Counted from the stretch's first letter, positions 16,932 through 27,253 are shown. The stretch: DNA of 64,000 nucleotides from Chitinophagales bacterium (GCA_046329575.1 JAXLUJ010000013.1:4338-68337); one strand, 5' to 3'. Notes: generated from the sequence alone by a model not told the origin. Numbers and translations: made by a program.

Positions 16932-18020
16932 CTAGTTCTTTTTAGCCTTTTGGATGCGTTCCATCGCAATGCGAATAGCCGCTTCCTGAGTAGGTACGTG
17001 CTCAGCCTTGCTGCGAGCAAAAATCTGCAAGGTCTTGTTATAAATATCTTCAATAAATGGCATGGTTTGCTTTTCCGACAAACCGCTCACTTCGCGATAG
17101 CAATTAATTACACCACCGGCGTTGATTAGAAAGTCGGGAGCATATAATATTCCGCGCTGCATCAGAATTTCACCGTGCATTTGCTCATCAGCCAGTTGAT
17201 TATTAGCAGCTCCGGCAATCACCCTGCATTTCAAACGTTCTATGGTTTCATTATTGATGGTTGCGCCTAAGGCACAAGGCGAGTAGATATCAACGTCAAG
17301 ATCGTAGATCTTATCTTTATCTACGGCAATGGCTCCGTGATCGGAAACCGCAGCCTTCACCAAATCATCGTTTATATCGCAAACATAAACTGTAGCTCCG
17401 GCTTTAGCCAAATGGCCCACCAGATATTTACCTACATGACCTACTCCCTGAACGGCAATTTTCTTTCCCGATAAATCATCACTTCCATAGGCCTCCTTGG
17501 CGCTGGCTTTCAAGCCCAGGAAAACACCATATGCCGTAAACGGCGAAGGATCGCCGGTTCCGCCGGCTGATTCCGGTTTGCCGGCCACATGATCAGTTGA
17601 TTGCATGATATAACTGATCTCGCGGGTGGAAGTGCCCACATCTTCAGCCGTAATGTATCGCCCGCCCAAACTTTGAACGAATTCGCCAAACTTACGCCAA
17701 TAGGCCTCTGTACGCTGCTCTTTACTATCGGAAATGATTACCGCCTTACCACCACCCAGGTTGATGCCGCTGATCGACGATTTAAAAGTCATACCGCGCG
17801 AAAGCCGCAACACATCCCAGGCGGCATCGCTTTCATTGGCATAATTCCAGATGCGGCAGCCGCCCAGAGCCGGCCCCAATACAGTGTTATGAATAGCGAT
17901 AATGCCTTTTAGCCCGGATTTTGCATCCTGAAAAAAAAGCACCTGCTCGTGATCCATATCTTTCATGAGGCTCAGGATGTTCGACTGCGCCTTCATTCCT
18001 AAATTCGAATTTGTTGACAT
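16932..18020 (-). CDS. Leucine (Glu/Leu/Phe/Val family) dehydrogenase
   Basis: 362 aa. Catalytic GGGK motif (INLGGGKAVI). Rossmann motif GVGHVG. Confidence 0.88.
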   Translation of the reverse strand: MSTNSNLGMKAQSNILSLMKDMDHEQVLFFQDAKSGLKGIIAIHNTVLGPALGGCRIWNYANESDAAWDVLRLSRGMTFKSSISGINLGGGKAVIISDSKEQRTEAYWRKFGEFVQSLGGRYITAEDVGTSTREISYIMQSTDHVAGKPESAGGTGDPSPFTAYGVFLGLKASAKEAYGSDDLSGKKIAVQGVGHVGKYLVGHLAKAGATVYVCDINDDLVKAAVSDHGAIAVDKDKIYDLDVDIYSPCALGATINNETIERLKCRVIAGAANNQLADEQMHGEILMQRGILYAPDFLINAGGVINCYREVSGLSEKQTMPFIEDIYNKTLQIFARSKAEHVPTQEAAIRIAMERIQKAKKN

Positions 18021-18120
18021 ATCAAAAAGTTAACTTTTCAAGCAAAACCCTACTTTCGCTCTCAAGGCGGGCAAACCTAAGCCAATTCCCGAATTAGAAA
18101 AAAGCCGTTTTTAGATTTAT

Positions 18121-19920
18121 ATGCGTTCTCTGTTTTCGTTGTTTCAATATTTTGGAAGGCACCGCCTAAGGACCATATCGGGTTTCGTTTTTATTCTTCT
18201 TGCCAATTTATTCAAAACCTATAACCCCAGCGTGGTGCGTCAGGCTATTGATAAGGTGGTGGGCATTTTGAAAACGCAGCATTCCGGCAGTTCCGAAATT
18301 CCTGACCAGATTTTTTCGGCTTCCCTGTGGTTCATACTTTTATATGTTGGAGTAGCGCTATTGGAAGGCTTGTTCACCTTTCTGATGCGGCAAACCATCA
18401 TCGTGGTGTCGCGCCTGATCGAGAACGACATCAAGGCTGATATGTACGCCCATTATCAGCAACTGGATCTGGCCTTTTATCGGAAAAATAACACCGGCGA
18501 CCTCATGAACCGCATCACGGAAGATGTATCGCGTGTGCGGATGTTTTTGGGGCCTTCGCTAATGTATTCTGCCAACCTGGTGTGTATGTTTGTGCTTTGT
18601 ACGGTAGCTATGATTCGCGTAAACGCCGAATTAGCGCTTTATACCTTGTTACCTCTGCCTTTTCTTTCCTTGTTGATCTATTTGTTAAATTATAGAATAG
18701 AAAAAGCCAGCGATTCGTTACAGAAAAAACTTTCTGACATCACTACCAACGCTCAGGAATCGTATTCCGGCATACGTGTAATTCAGAATTACGTACAGGA
18801 AAAAGCAATGATCGGTTTTTTCAGCCGCGAAAGTGAAAGCTATAAAAAGGATTCCCTTCAACTGGCCCGTATCGAATCGTTCTACTTTCCATTAATCCTG
18901 TTTTTGGTAGGATTATGCATGGCCATAATTGTTTATACCGGTGGCAGATTGGTAATGGCGCATCAGGTTTCAATAGGAAACATTGTTGAATTCATCATGT
19001 ATCTCAATATGCTCACTTTTCCGGTAAGTGCGCTGGGCTGGGCCGTTTCGCTTACGCAACGCGCTGCCGTAAGCATGCGCCGGATCAATGAGTTCTTCCA
19101 TCAACAGCCAACTGTATGGAACAGCAACGGAGAAAGAAAAGAAATGAAAGGCACAATCTCATTCCATGAGGTTGATTTTGTTTATCCCGACACCGGAATA
19201 CGGGCTTTGAAAAAGGTGAGTTTTACCATTCCCGCGGGCGAACGCTGGGCGCTGATAGGGCGCACCGGCTCCGGGAAAAGTACGGTGGCCGACCTGCTGA
19301 TGCGCATGTATGATGTTACCGGAGGCTCAATAACTATTGATGGCCTGGATATCCGGCAATGGGAAACCGGCGCATTGCGCCGCCAGATTGGGTATGTACC
19401 TCAGGATGTTTTTCTTTTTTCGGAAACCATAGCCGATAATATTGCCTTCGGCCTGAGCGATACGAATTTGGAAGAAGTGAAAAAGTATGCGGGATATGCT
19501 TCAGTGGCGGCCGAAATCGACCGGTTTCCGCAAGGTTATGATACCATGGTGGGGGAAAGAGGGGTTACCTTATCGGGCGGACAAAAACAGCGCATTTCCA
19601 TAGCCCGGGCACTTATTAAGAAACCAGCGGTGCTGTTGCTCGACGACTGCCTGTCGGCTGTGGATGCCGCTACCGAAAAGGAAATCGAAAGGAATCTGGA
19701 CGAGGTTATCCGGGGGAAAACATCGTTGGTAATAACACACAGAATCTTTGCCCTGATGCATTTCCATAGGATTTTGGTTATTGACGATGGTGAAATAGCA
19801 GAGCAAGGAACGCCGGATGAACTGATGGGGAAAAACGGTATTTACGCCGGCATCTTCCGCAAACAAATGTTGGAAAGAGCCGAAAGAAATGCTGTTTATC
19901 AAGGCAATTTGGATAATTAG
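18121..19920 (+). CDS. ABC transporter, fused permease/ATP-binding protein (MsbA/MdlB-type exporter)
   Basis: 599 aa. Six-helix TMD. Walker A GRTGSGKST, signature LSGGQKQR, Walker B LLLDD. Confidence 0.9.
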   Translation: MRSLFSLFQYFGRHRLRTISGFVFILLANLFKTYNPSVVRQAIDKVVGILKTQHSGSSEIPDQIFSASLWFILLYVGVALLEGLFTFLMRQTIIVVSRLIENDIKADMYAHYQQLDLAFYRKNNTGDLMNRITEDVSRVRMFLGPSLMYSANLVCMFVLCTVAMIRVNAELALYTLLPLPFLSLLIYLLNYRIEKASDSLQKKLSDITTNAQESYSGIRVIQNYVQEKAMIGFFSRESESYKKDSLQLARIESFYFPLILFLVGLCMAIIVYTGGRLVMAHQVSIGNIVEFIMYLNMLTFPVSALGWAVSLTQRAAVSMRRINEFFHQQPTVWNSNGERKEMKGTISFHEVDFVYPDTGIRALKKVSFTIPAGERWALIGRTGSGKSTVADLLMRMYDVTGGSITIDGLDIRQWETGALRRQIGYVPQDVFLFSETIADNIAFGLSDTNLEEVKKYAGYASVAAEIDRFPQGYDTMVGERGVTLSGGQKQRISIARALIKKPAVLLLDDCLSAVDAATEKEIERNLDEVIRGKTSLVITHRIFALMHFHRILVIDDGEIAEQGTPDELMGKNGIYAGIFRKQMLERAERNAVYQGNLDN

Positions 19921-19972
19921 CGAACAATTCGCTTTATTTGTCGTATTCAAATTTTCTTAAATAATTGCTACT

Positions 19973-20386
19973 GTGGAAAATAACGCTGGTAAACAAAGCG
20001 GCACTTTCAGCCGAAAGCTGCGCGCAGGAAAGAGAAGGACTTATTTTTTCGACGTAAAAAACACCCGCCAAGGTGATTTTTTCATTACGATCACAGAAAG
20101 CAAAAAGAAGTTCGACAGCGATGGCTATGAGAGCCATAAGATCTTCTTGTACAAGGAAGATTTCAAAAAATTTATGGAGGCATTAAACGAAACCGTAAAT
20201 CACGTAAAAACTGATTTGATGCCTGATTTTGATTTTGATGCTGAACGTCCGGCGCGTGCTGAACAACAAGATCGGGAGATTGCCGGAAATGCTGCCAATC
20301 AACAGATGAACGCACCGGTACAAGAAAACACCGAGTTCACTTCCACATCATCTATTTCGGATGATGAAGAAATGAACTGGGGTTGA
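19973..20386 (+). CDS. DUF3276 / bacterial PUR-alpha-like nucleic-acid-binding protein
   Basis: 137 aa. FSRKLRAGKRRTYFFDVKNTRQGDFFITITESKK…HKIFLYKEDFKKFMEAL is the characteristic PUR-repeat pattern. GTG start. Confidence 0.75.
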   Translation: MENNAGKQSGTFSRKLRAGKRRTYFFDVKNTRQGDFFITITESKKKFDSDGYESHKIFLYKEDFKKFMEALNETVNHVKTDLMPDFDFDAERPARAEQQDREIAGNAANQQMNAPVQENTEFTSTSSISDDEEMNWG

Positions 20387-20804
20387 AAATCAAATTTTTA
20401 GGTTTGGTGTGAAGGGCGCTAGAGCGGGGCCCTGAGGTTTAAGTGACGTTTAAGGTGAAAGGTGCTGCCACCAGGTTTAGTTAGAAGGATGGTGCCTGAG
20501 GCTTTTGGGTGAAAAGTCTCGCCAATTTTTTTGGTTTCTTAGTGAATGGTTTTTTGTAGTCCCCTTTGCAGAGAACGGTGAACAATACGCTCCATGCACC
20601 GAAAGTTTAGCGCGGCGAAGGAGCTTTTCGAAAACATTTTAATGGATTTTTTAGTTGAAGGTGTCATATAGATTTCGATGAATTTGGCATATATTACGAC
20701 CAACCTTAATATTAGTTACGCCATTTGATACGATTTATTACATATTTTTTTAATGTAATAAGGATCAACACATTAAAATTTTCTATACTAAAAAAAACTA
20801 GCGC

Positions 20805-21185
20805 TTACAGCCAATTGTCAAGGTTGCGCCGGTCCTTTTTGGTTGGCCGTCCGCTCTTGCTGTTCCGTTTGCCTGTTGGAAAATAGAATGCTGTTGGAGC
20901 CATATTCTTATCGGGTAATGGCGAGTGATCGATATAATTTTGACTGGCTTCGGCAAATGCCACCCGTTTTTCAATAATACCAATTACTTCAATATCCCAT
21001 TTCTTGTTTTCGGCTTTGATATCGTAACGATCGCCAATTGAAACGGTTCGTGATGCTTTAAGAGCTTGCCCATTGCATTTCACTTTACCTGAATCGATTG
21101 CAGCAGCAGCCTGTGTGCGTGTTTTGAAAATACGTATGGCCCACAAATACTTATCAAGTCTGATTTTCGACGAGGTATTTTCCAT
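20805..21185 (-). CDS. hslR: S4-domain RNA-binding heat-shock protein 15-like
   Basis: 126 aa. RLDKYLWAIRIFKTRTQAAAAIDSGKVKCNG S4 motif. Confidence 0.8.
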   Translation of the reverse strand: MENTSSKIRLDKYLWAIRIFKTRTQAAAAIDSGKVKCNGQALKASRTVSIGDRYDIKAENKKWDIEVIGIIEKRVAFAEASQNYIDHSPLPDKNMAPTAFYFPTGKRNSKSGRPTKKDRRNLDNWL

Positions 21186-21218
21186 GACAGGGCAAAGAAG
21201 AAAAATCTACGCCAAAGG

Positions 21219-23024
21219 CTATACCTCGCTGGTAATTTTCGGAATGGTAAAGCAGAACTTTGTTCCACCCAAATCGCAATCTTCAATCCAGATGTTGCCG
21301 TTCATCGTTTCTACGATTTTCTTACAAATGGCTAGGCCTATGCCTGTGCCATCATATTCGTGGCGTTTATGCAGCCGTTGAAAAATTACAAAAACGCGTT
21401 CACGATAAGCCTGTTCGATACCAATTCCATTGTCTGCCACTTCGAAATGATAGGCATGTTCATTTTCGGTAGCAGATATACGAATCACAGGCTGTTCACT
21501 GCGGTTATATTTTACGGCATTACCGGCCAGGTTCAGGAACAATTGGTGCAGATGTAGCCGATCGGCCTTCACTACAGGCATGGCCCCAATCTCGAACACC
21601 ACATTTTTATTACTGAATTCTGACCGAAGCGCAGACCGAACATCGGCAACCACGGCCTGAACCGGCACTTCATTTAATTCACTCCTGGAACCAATGCGTG
21701 ATAGTTCCAGTAGGTGATTAATGATAGTCATCATCCGCATTGCTCCATCATTCAGATAATGCAGATAATTTTTCTGATCATCAGTAAGATCGCGCATAGA
21801 GCGTTTCAGCAATTGCGCATAATTGGTAACCATACGCAGCGGCTCTTTCAAGTCGTGGGAAGCCACATAGGCAAATTGGTTCAATTCGCTATTAGTCATT
21901 TCCAGTTTTCGCGCATACTGCCTGATTTCTTCATTCTTTCGCCGCAGCAGGTCTTGTTCCTTTTTGCTTTCGTTTACTTGTAATTGCAATCGGGTATCGT
22001 TCAGCGTAGCTTGTTTGTTTTGCCTGAGCGTTACTTCGCGAATCTGGAACGCTCTATCCAATTTCAGATAGGCTTCTTCAGGTTTATTCAAGCCCAAAAG
22101 CGTTTTCGACCATAGCTGAAATAAGTTGTAGTTGTCGGTAGTTTTACCTAACGAATCGTACAGCGCTGCTGCCTGTGAGAAATAAAAATCAGACCGCTGA
22201 AAATCATGCAGGTTCTGAAAAACTTTTCCTGCCAATTCAAAAATTGATAAATGAAAATGGTTGTTGTTTTGTTCCTGAATGCGGTTCAACGCTTTTTCAA
22301 TGCTGGCAATGGCTTCTTCCTTATCCCCTATTTCCGATTTCACCACGGCTATGTTTCCGAGGGCAATGCAAAGGGGTTGAATATCGTGGTCTTCCTCCGC
22401 AATGGCCGCAGCATTTTCGTAATGACCAATAGCCGATTGGTAGTTCTTCTTACGCCAGTCGATCACGCCAAACGAAATAAAGCCCCGTGCAATTCCACCT
22501 CTATAATCACAACGTTTAAATAGTTCCATTGCCCGCGAAAGGTATGCTGTACTCAGGCTTTCAAATTCCAGTTCGGTATATAAAATTGATTGATTGAAAA
22601 GAGCACGTGCCAATGTGAGCGTACCTTCAGCTGTTAGTTCTTTCTGCCCCTCCAACAGTTGAATGGTTTCATCATAGTACGTTTTGGCCAATACCATATC
22701 GCTTTTGTAGTCGTAGGCCAGCGCAAGACGCAGCAGGTATTTGCATCGGGCTTCAGCCTCGGTGCGGGCATCAAATAAAGCCACCAGATGCGAGAGGCAT
22801 TTTACCGCCTTATCAAGTTCGGTACTGATATCAATGTAAAAGTGAGCCAGTTCAAATCCTGTAGCCGCAATAAGTTCCCGATTTCCCAAACTTTGCGCTA
22901 TTTCATGAGCTTTCAGGCCCAGCGGCAAAGCTGTAACATCGCGCTGTTGCTTGCGCGCAATAAAGGATGCGAGCAGTTCATTCACCTGCCCGGCGGTGTC
23001 AATTGGCGTTATAATGGCAGACAT
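21219..23024 (-). CDS. Cytoplasmic TPR-repeat sensor histidine kinase (no adjacent response regulator)
   Basis: 601 aa. N-terminal TPR-like repeats, then a coiled coil. H-box ASHDLKEPL, with N, G1 (DNGIGI) and G2 (GTGIGLAI) boxes. No TM segment seen. Confidence 0.85.
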   Translation of the reverse strand: MSAIITPIDTAGQVNELLASFIARKQQRDVTALPLGLKAHEIAQSLGNRELIAATGFELAHFYIDISTELDKAVKCLSHLVALFDARTEAEARCKYLLRLALAYDYKSDMVLAKTYYDETIQLLEGQKELTAEGTLTLARALFNQSILYTELEFESLSTAYLSRAMELFKRCDYRGGIARGFISFGVIDWRKKNYQSAIGHYENAAAIAEEDHDIQPLCIALGNIAVVKSEIGDKEEAIASIEKALNRIQEQNNNHFHLSIFELAGKVFQNLHDFQRSDFYFSQAAALYDSLGKTTDNYNLFQLWSKTLLGLNKPEEAYLKLDRAFQIREVTLRQNKQATLNDTRLQLQVNESKKEQDLLRRKNEEIRQYARKLEMTNSELNQFAYVASHDLKEPLRMVTNYAQLLKRSMRDLTDDQKNYLHYLNDGAMRMMTIINHLLELSRIGSRSELNEVPVQAVVADVRSALRSEFSNKNVVFEIGAMPVVKADRLHLHQLFLNLAGNAVKYNRSEQPVIRISATENEHAYHFEVADNGIGIEQAYRERVFVIFQRLHKRHEYDGTGIGLAICKKIVETMNGNIWIEDCDLGGTKFCFTIPKITSEV

Positions 23025-23074
23025 AAAATCTCTTATTCTGCTTACGAAAACGCACTTAAAAAGTTACGTATTCA

Positions 23075-23389
23075 TCAGGCCTGTGCCGGAGGCCCAAAAC
23101 CCATTGGGAAAGGAACCGTTTCCTGATCTTCAATACGGCCAAACTGCTGTTCGTACTTTTTCAGATTTTCAGCTAAGGCTTTAACTAATCGTTTCGCATG
23201 CTGGGGCGTGAGCACAATGCGCGCTTTCACCTTCGCTTTAGGAATGCCGGGCATTAAACGAACAAAGTCCACAATGAACTCCTGATTTGAATGCGCGATA
23301 ATGGCAAAATTCGAGTAGATGCCTTCGGCCACATCTTCAGGTAATTCGATATTGATTTGATTTTCGGGATTGGTATTCTGGTTCGACAT
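23075..23389 (-). CDS. DUF3467-family protein
   Basis: 104 aa. GIYSNFAIIAHSNQEFIVDFV pattern typical of DUF3467. Confidence 0.65.
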   Translation of the reverse strand: MSNQNTNPENQINIELPEDVAEGIYSNFAIIAHSNQEFIVDFVRLMPGIPKAKVKARIVLTPQHAKRLVKALAENLKKYEQQFGRIEDQETVPFPMGFGPPAQA

Positions 23390-23398
23390 AAACTTCGA

Positions 23399-24319
23399 TT
23401 ATGAACGTAAAGTATTCTGTAAATAATATTCCACTTCTTTTTGAAGCGCTTCTTTTTTCAAATTAAGCAATAAGAATGAAATGAGCATAAGCAAAGGTGA
23501 AAGGATTAATACCGCCGTAGGTAGCAAAAACATAAAAACATAAACACGAACCGCGCGTGAAAAAGAGCCATCGGGTGCGCCGCCAATGAATTTCGACCAA
23601 ATACCAAAAGCGCGTTGTCCGCGCTTTTCCATTAACACCAATTCAGGTTTAATTTCTACCGCACCGGCTTGGTTCAGGCTGGTTTGCATGGTAGAAAAAC
23701 GATTACTCTCCCAATGCTGTTTGCAGCTATTTCCAAATAACACGGCCTGTTGAAGGTCGTGTTCAGAAACTCCGGCAGCGGGCAGCAGCCCCGAGGCCTC
23801 CTTTTTCCCCCATAACAGCCAGCGCAATATGGTAAACAAACTAACTACGTTAGGCGCGTGGTCCACAAGGGCAATATTTCCAACCAACTCTGCTCCGGCG
23901 GTTTTCAAATGCCGCTTCACTTTTTCCTGCGCGCCCAGCCACATATTCCGGCAGGCAATGAGGGTAATCACGGGCGTACCGCTCAGCAATTGCTTTGCCG
24001 TTTCAGTTTGAAGAAAAGTAGCCATAGCCGGCGCCGGGGTTAGGAACCAGGGTTGATAGGCCAGCACCACCAGATCCCATTTTTCAGAAAGTTTATTGCT
24101 AAAGGGTTTTAGGGGAATTGGCGTTTGAAGAAACGTGCTTGGAAAAGCATTAAAAAAACGAAAGGCCGTCCATGGAAAGGGGAAATCGTTTTCAGGCAGG
24201 AGTTGTTCGAAATGCACATCATAATCAGTATCGGCCGAGAACGGTTGGGTGAAACGATTAGCGGCTTCGCGCATTTGTCCGCTTTGGGTGTAATAGATTA
24301 CCAGGATTTTCTTCTTCAT
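23399..24319 (-). CDS. Flavodoxin-fold membrane-anchored protein, possibly DarA-like (dialkylresorcinol condensing enzyme family); no darB neighbour
   Basis: MKKKILVIYYTQSGQ flavodoxin-like N-terminus and C-terminal hydrophobic helices. The family assignment is from memory only. Start moved to the internal ATG. Confidence 0.4.
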   Translation of the reverse strand: MKKKILVIYYTQSGQMREAANRFTQPFSADTDYDVHFEQLLPENDFPFPWTAFRFFNAFPSTFLQTPIPLKPFSNKLSEKWDLVVLAYQPWFLTPAPAMATFLQTETAKQLLSGTPVITLIACRNMWLGAQEKVKRHLKTAGAELVGNIALVDHAPNVVSLFTILRWLLWGKKEASGLLPAAGVSEHDLQQAVLFGNSCKQHWESNRFSTMQTSLNQAGAVEIKPELVLMEKRGQRAFGIWSKFIGGAPDGSFSRAVRVYVFMFLLPTAVLILSPLLMLISFLLLNLKKEALQKEVEYYLQNTLRS

Positions 24320-24338
24320 ACAAAAATGGAATAAAGCG

Positions 24339-24378
24339 AAAAAAAAAGCCCTCACCGAAAGGTGAGGGCAAAAAAAAA
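24339..24378 (-). terminator. Rho-independent terminator (bidirectional-looking) after the zinc-ribbon gene
   Basis: GCCCTCACC-gaaa-GGTGAGGGC perfect 9-bp stem flanked by A9 / A9, so a U-run follows the stem on either strand. Confidence 0.85.
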
Positions 24379-24387
24379 TACGATGGA

Positions 24388-25134
24388 TTATTCGGCTGCG
24401 TCGATCGGCATCAGAATTCTTCCGCAGTGTTCGCAGGTAATTACCCGGCGGCGCGAGCGAATTTCAGACTGACGCTGAGGTGGAATTTTGGCATAGCAAC
24501 CACCGCAGGCATCGCGCAAAATGGGCACTACGGCCATTCCGTTGCGGTAAGCACCGCGAATACGAACATAGGCTTTCAACAAGCGATCTTCCACTTTTTT
24601 GGCGGCCTTTGCCGATTCCTTTTGCAGTTCAGCTTCCTCTTTCTCGGTTTCTTCAATAATTTTGTCGAGTTCCTTCTTCTTGGCCTTAAGGTCTTTCTCC
24701 CGCAGTTTGATACGCCCCTCGGTTTCTTCCATAGCCGATTTCTTCATATCAATTTTAGCGGTAGCATCGCCCATTTTCTTTTCAGAAAGTTGGATCTCGA
24801 GCTTCTGCAGTTCAATCTCTTTAGAAAGCGCATCAAATTCGCGGTTGTTCTTCACCGAATTCTGTTGCTTTTCGTAACGGCTAATCAGTTCCTTTGCCAT
24901 TGCCTTGGCATTTTTGCGGTTGTTGAAGTCTTCCTCCAACTCTGCAATTTCTTCGTTCATTTTGGTTAAACGTACGTTCAACCCTGCGATATCATCTTCC
25001 AGAACACGAACTTCTTCAGGCAATTCGCCTTTAAGAATCTGGATCTTATCAATTTTGGTATCAATCTGCTGAAGGTTCCAAAGCTGGTTCAGACGCTCTT
25101 CAACCGACAACTCTTTTTCTTTAGCTACAGCCAT
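24388..25134 (-). CDS. Coiled-coil protein with C-terminal C4 zinc ribbon (COG1579 family)
   Basis: 248 aa. Long E/K-rich coiled coil, then CGGC…CEHCGRIL. Sits downstream of the Nif3-like gene, a commonly conserved pair. Confidence 0.75.
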   Translation of the reverse strand: MAVAKEKELSVEERLNQLWNLQQIDTKIDKIQILKGELPEEVRVLEDDIAGLNVRLTKMNEEIAELEEDFNNRKNAKAMAKELISRYEKQQNSVKNNREFDALSKEIELQKLEIQLSEKKMGDATAKIDMKKSAMEETEGRIKLREKDLKAKKKELDKIIEETEKEEAELQKESAKAAKKVEDRLLKAYVRIRGAYRNGMAVVPILRDACGGCYAKIPPQRQSEIRSRRRVITCEHCGRILMPIDAAE

Positions 25135-25137
25135 AAC

Positions 25138-26232
25138 TTATAAATAATTTACGGGATTTGTGTTTGTTTCCGACAAATGGAGTGCGAATGTAGGAAATTT
25201 TTCGGTAAGATGTTGATAAAGCAGTTGCCGGGTAAATTGTTCGCTTTCAAAATGCCCCACATCTGCAATGAGGATGCGGTTTTCGGCATCAAAAAATTCA
25301 TGATACTTAAAATCGGCAGTTACCAGAGCATCAGCGCCTTGCGCCTTGGCGGCGCTTAACAAGAAATTTCCTGAACCGCCGCAAATCGCGACAGTTTCAA
25401 CCGGTTTTTCGAGTACAGCCGTATGGCGCACACAACCCGTTTGAAACGCACCTTTCACCATTTTTAGAAATTCCATACCCGGAAGAGGTCGCGGCAGTTT
25501 ACCGATCATACCGGAACCCATTTGCGCATAGGCATTCGAAACGGGAATCAGATCATAGGCCACTTCTTCATACGGGTGACTATTTAAGAGCGCTTTTACA
25601 ACTGCGCTTTCCAAATGTGCAGGGAAAATAGTCTCGAATTTTGATTCAGGCGTTTTTTCCAGAGCCCCCGCCTTTCCTATAGCCGGATGAGAATTGGAAT
25701 TCCCGCGGTATTGACCGGTTCCTTCTGACCGGAAGGCGGTTTCGCTATAGTTACCCATTTGACCCGCACCGGCTGCAAAAACTGCTCCCGAAACGCTGTC
25801 GTAATTTTCAACAGGAATATAGGTTTGCAGTTTCTTTAATAATCCTGATTTAGGTACCAGAATTTTAGTTTCAGTCAAACCTAAGCGTTCTGCAATTTTT
25901 GCGTTTACCCCATTCCAAACATTATCGTAATTAGTATGAATGGCATAAATGGCAATGTTATTTTTTATGGCACTGATCACAGTGCGCTCCACGTAATTCT
26001 TTCCATTCAATTTTTTCAATCCGGAAAAAATGATGGGATGGTGCGCAATAATGAGATCACAATTTTCACGGATTGCTTCTTCAACCACTGCTTCGGTGCA
26101 ATCAAGTGTAATCAATGCCTTACGAACTTGATTTTCTTCATTGCCCACCAGCAAACCGCAATTGTCGTAACTTTCCTGAAAGCTAAGCGGGGCAATGCTT
26201 TCAAGGAATGCGGCTATTTCTTTAATTTTCAT
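25138..26232 (-). CDS. Nif3-like dinuclear metal centre protein (GTP cyclohydrolase 1 type 2 homologue)
   Basis: 364 aa. …DNCGLLVG…DLIIAHHPIIF… and a C-terminal HFESE motif. Confidence 0.85.
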   Translation of the reverse strand: MKIKEIAAFLESIAPLSFQESYDNCGLLVGNEENQVRKALITLDCTEAVVEEAIRENCDLIIAHHPIIFSGLKKLNGKNYVERTVISAIKNNIAIYAIHTNYDNVWNGVNAKIAERLGLTETKILVPKSGLLKKLQTYIPVENYDSVSGAVFAAGAGQMGNYSETAFRSEGTGQYRGNSNSHPAIGKAGALEKTPESKFETIFPAHLESAVVKALLNSHPYEEVAYDLIPVSNAYAQMGSGMIGKLPRPLPGMEFLKMVKGAFQTGCVRHTAVLEKPVETVAICGGSGNFLLSAAKAQGADALVTADFKYHEFFDAENRILIADVGHFESEQFTRQLLYQHLTEKFPTFALHLSETNTNPVNYL

Positions 26233-27253
26233 TGGCCGATTTTTTCAAATCGTAAATCCTCTCGATGATCTCCACCACTTTCATACCTTCCAAAGCATTG
26301 GTAGTGATGGTTGATTTGCCGTGAAGCGTATCTACCACATTCTGGATCACATAGTGGTGATTGGCAGCGCTGCCTTTATAATGACCATAATCGTTTGGCG
26401 GATTAACCGGCGCCAGTTCCGGCATGGTATAATTTTCGATGTGGCAGTATTCCACTTTATCCATGTATTGTCCGCCTACTTTAATAGCGCCTTTTTCGCC
26501 GATGATAGTCATACTGCTTTCCAGATTGGTATCCCAAACTGAGGTAGAGTAATTGATACAGCCGACACCTTCGTTCACAAAATCGAAATTAACGATACCG
26601 GAATCTTCAAATTCGGTATTGTGTTTATGGTTGAAATTTTTGAAGCGGGCATTAATGTGAGTGATATCGCCAAAAAGCCAGTACATAATATCGAGGAAGT
26701 GAGAAAACTGAGTGAACAGCGGTCCGCCATCTAAAGCCAGTTTGCCTTTCCACGCACTTTTGGAATAGTAGCGGTCGTCGCGGTTCCAATAACAGTTGAT
26801 TTGCACCATAAAAATTTTACCCAGCACTTTATTGGCCATCACTTCTTTCAGCCAGGCTGAAGGAGGCGAATAGCGGTTTTGCATTACGCCAAAAACCTGA
26901 CGGGAAACATTGAGTGCTTTGTAAAGTACTTCCTCGCAATCGGCTTTGCGCAGGCCCATTGGCTTTTCACAAACTACGTGACACTTATGATCGAGCGCGG
27001 CCAAACAATGCTGGGCGTGAAAACCGTTGGGGCTGCACACATTCACCACTTGTATATCCGTAACGCCGGCAAACATTTCTTCCGGGGTGAGGAAAAACGG
27101 CACCTTAAAATCGGTTTCGGCAGTTTGGCGTTGCTTCTCATCAATATCGCAAACGGCTACCAGTTCACAGGCGGGGTTTTGCCGAATCATTGTGGCGTGG
27201 CGTTTACCAATATGGCCAAAGCCGATGACGGCGAATTTTATTTTATCGTTCAT
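26222..27253 (-). CDS. Gfo/Idh/MocA-family NAD(P)-dependent oxidoreductase
   Basis: 343 aa. KFAVIGFGHIGKRH Rossmann N-terminus and an EKP motif (VCEKPMG). Confidence 0.8.
   Translation of the reverse strand: MNDKIKFAVIGFGHIGKRHATMIRQNPACELVAVCDIDEKQRQTAETDFKVPFFLTPEEMFAGVTDIQVVNVCSPNGFHAQHCLAALDHKCHVVCEKPMGLRKADCEEVLYKALNVSRQVFGVMQNRYSPPSAWLKEVMANKVLGKIFMVQINCYWNRDDRYYSKSAWKGKLALDGGPLFTQFSHFLDIMYWLFGDITHINARFKNFNHKHNTEFEDSGIVNFDFVNEGVGCINYSTSVWDTNLESSMTIIGEKGAIKVGGQYMDKVEYCHIENYTMPELAPVNPPNDYGHYKGSAANHHYVIQNVVDTLHGKSTITTNALEGMKVVEIIERIYDLKKSANEN

Noticed and set aside
16928-17053. Upstream extension of the nusB ORF overlapping the Leu dehydrogenase gene by ~120 nt
   Set aside because: The internal ATG at 16927 starts 4 nt after the upstream stop and gives the conserved NusB N-terminus.
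20387-20804. tRNA, tmRNA, RNase P or SRP RNA in the long ORF-free gap
   Set aside because: I found none of the conserved boxes: no tRNA cloverleaf with GTTCRANYC, no tmRNA tag/acceptor, and no RNase P GGAA/ACAGNRA core. Only the loose G-rich repeats reported as a finding.
24427-24969. 180-aa and 92-aa ORFs antisense to the zinc-ribbon coiled-coil gene
   Set aside because: E/K-rich coiled-coil codons read as F/L-rich open frames on the opposite strand. This is a compositional artefact.
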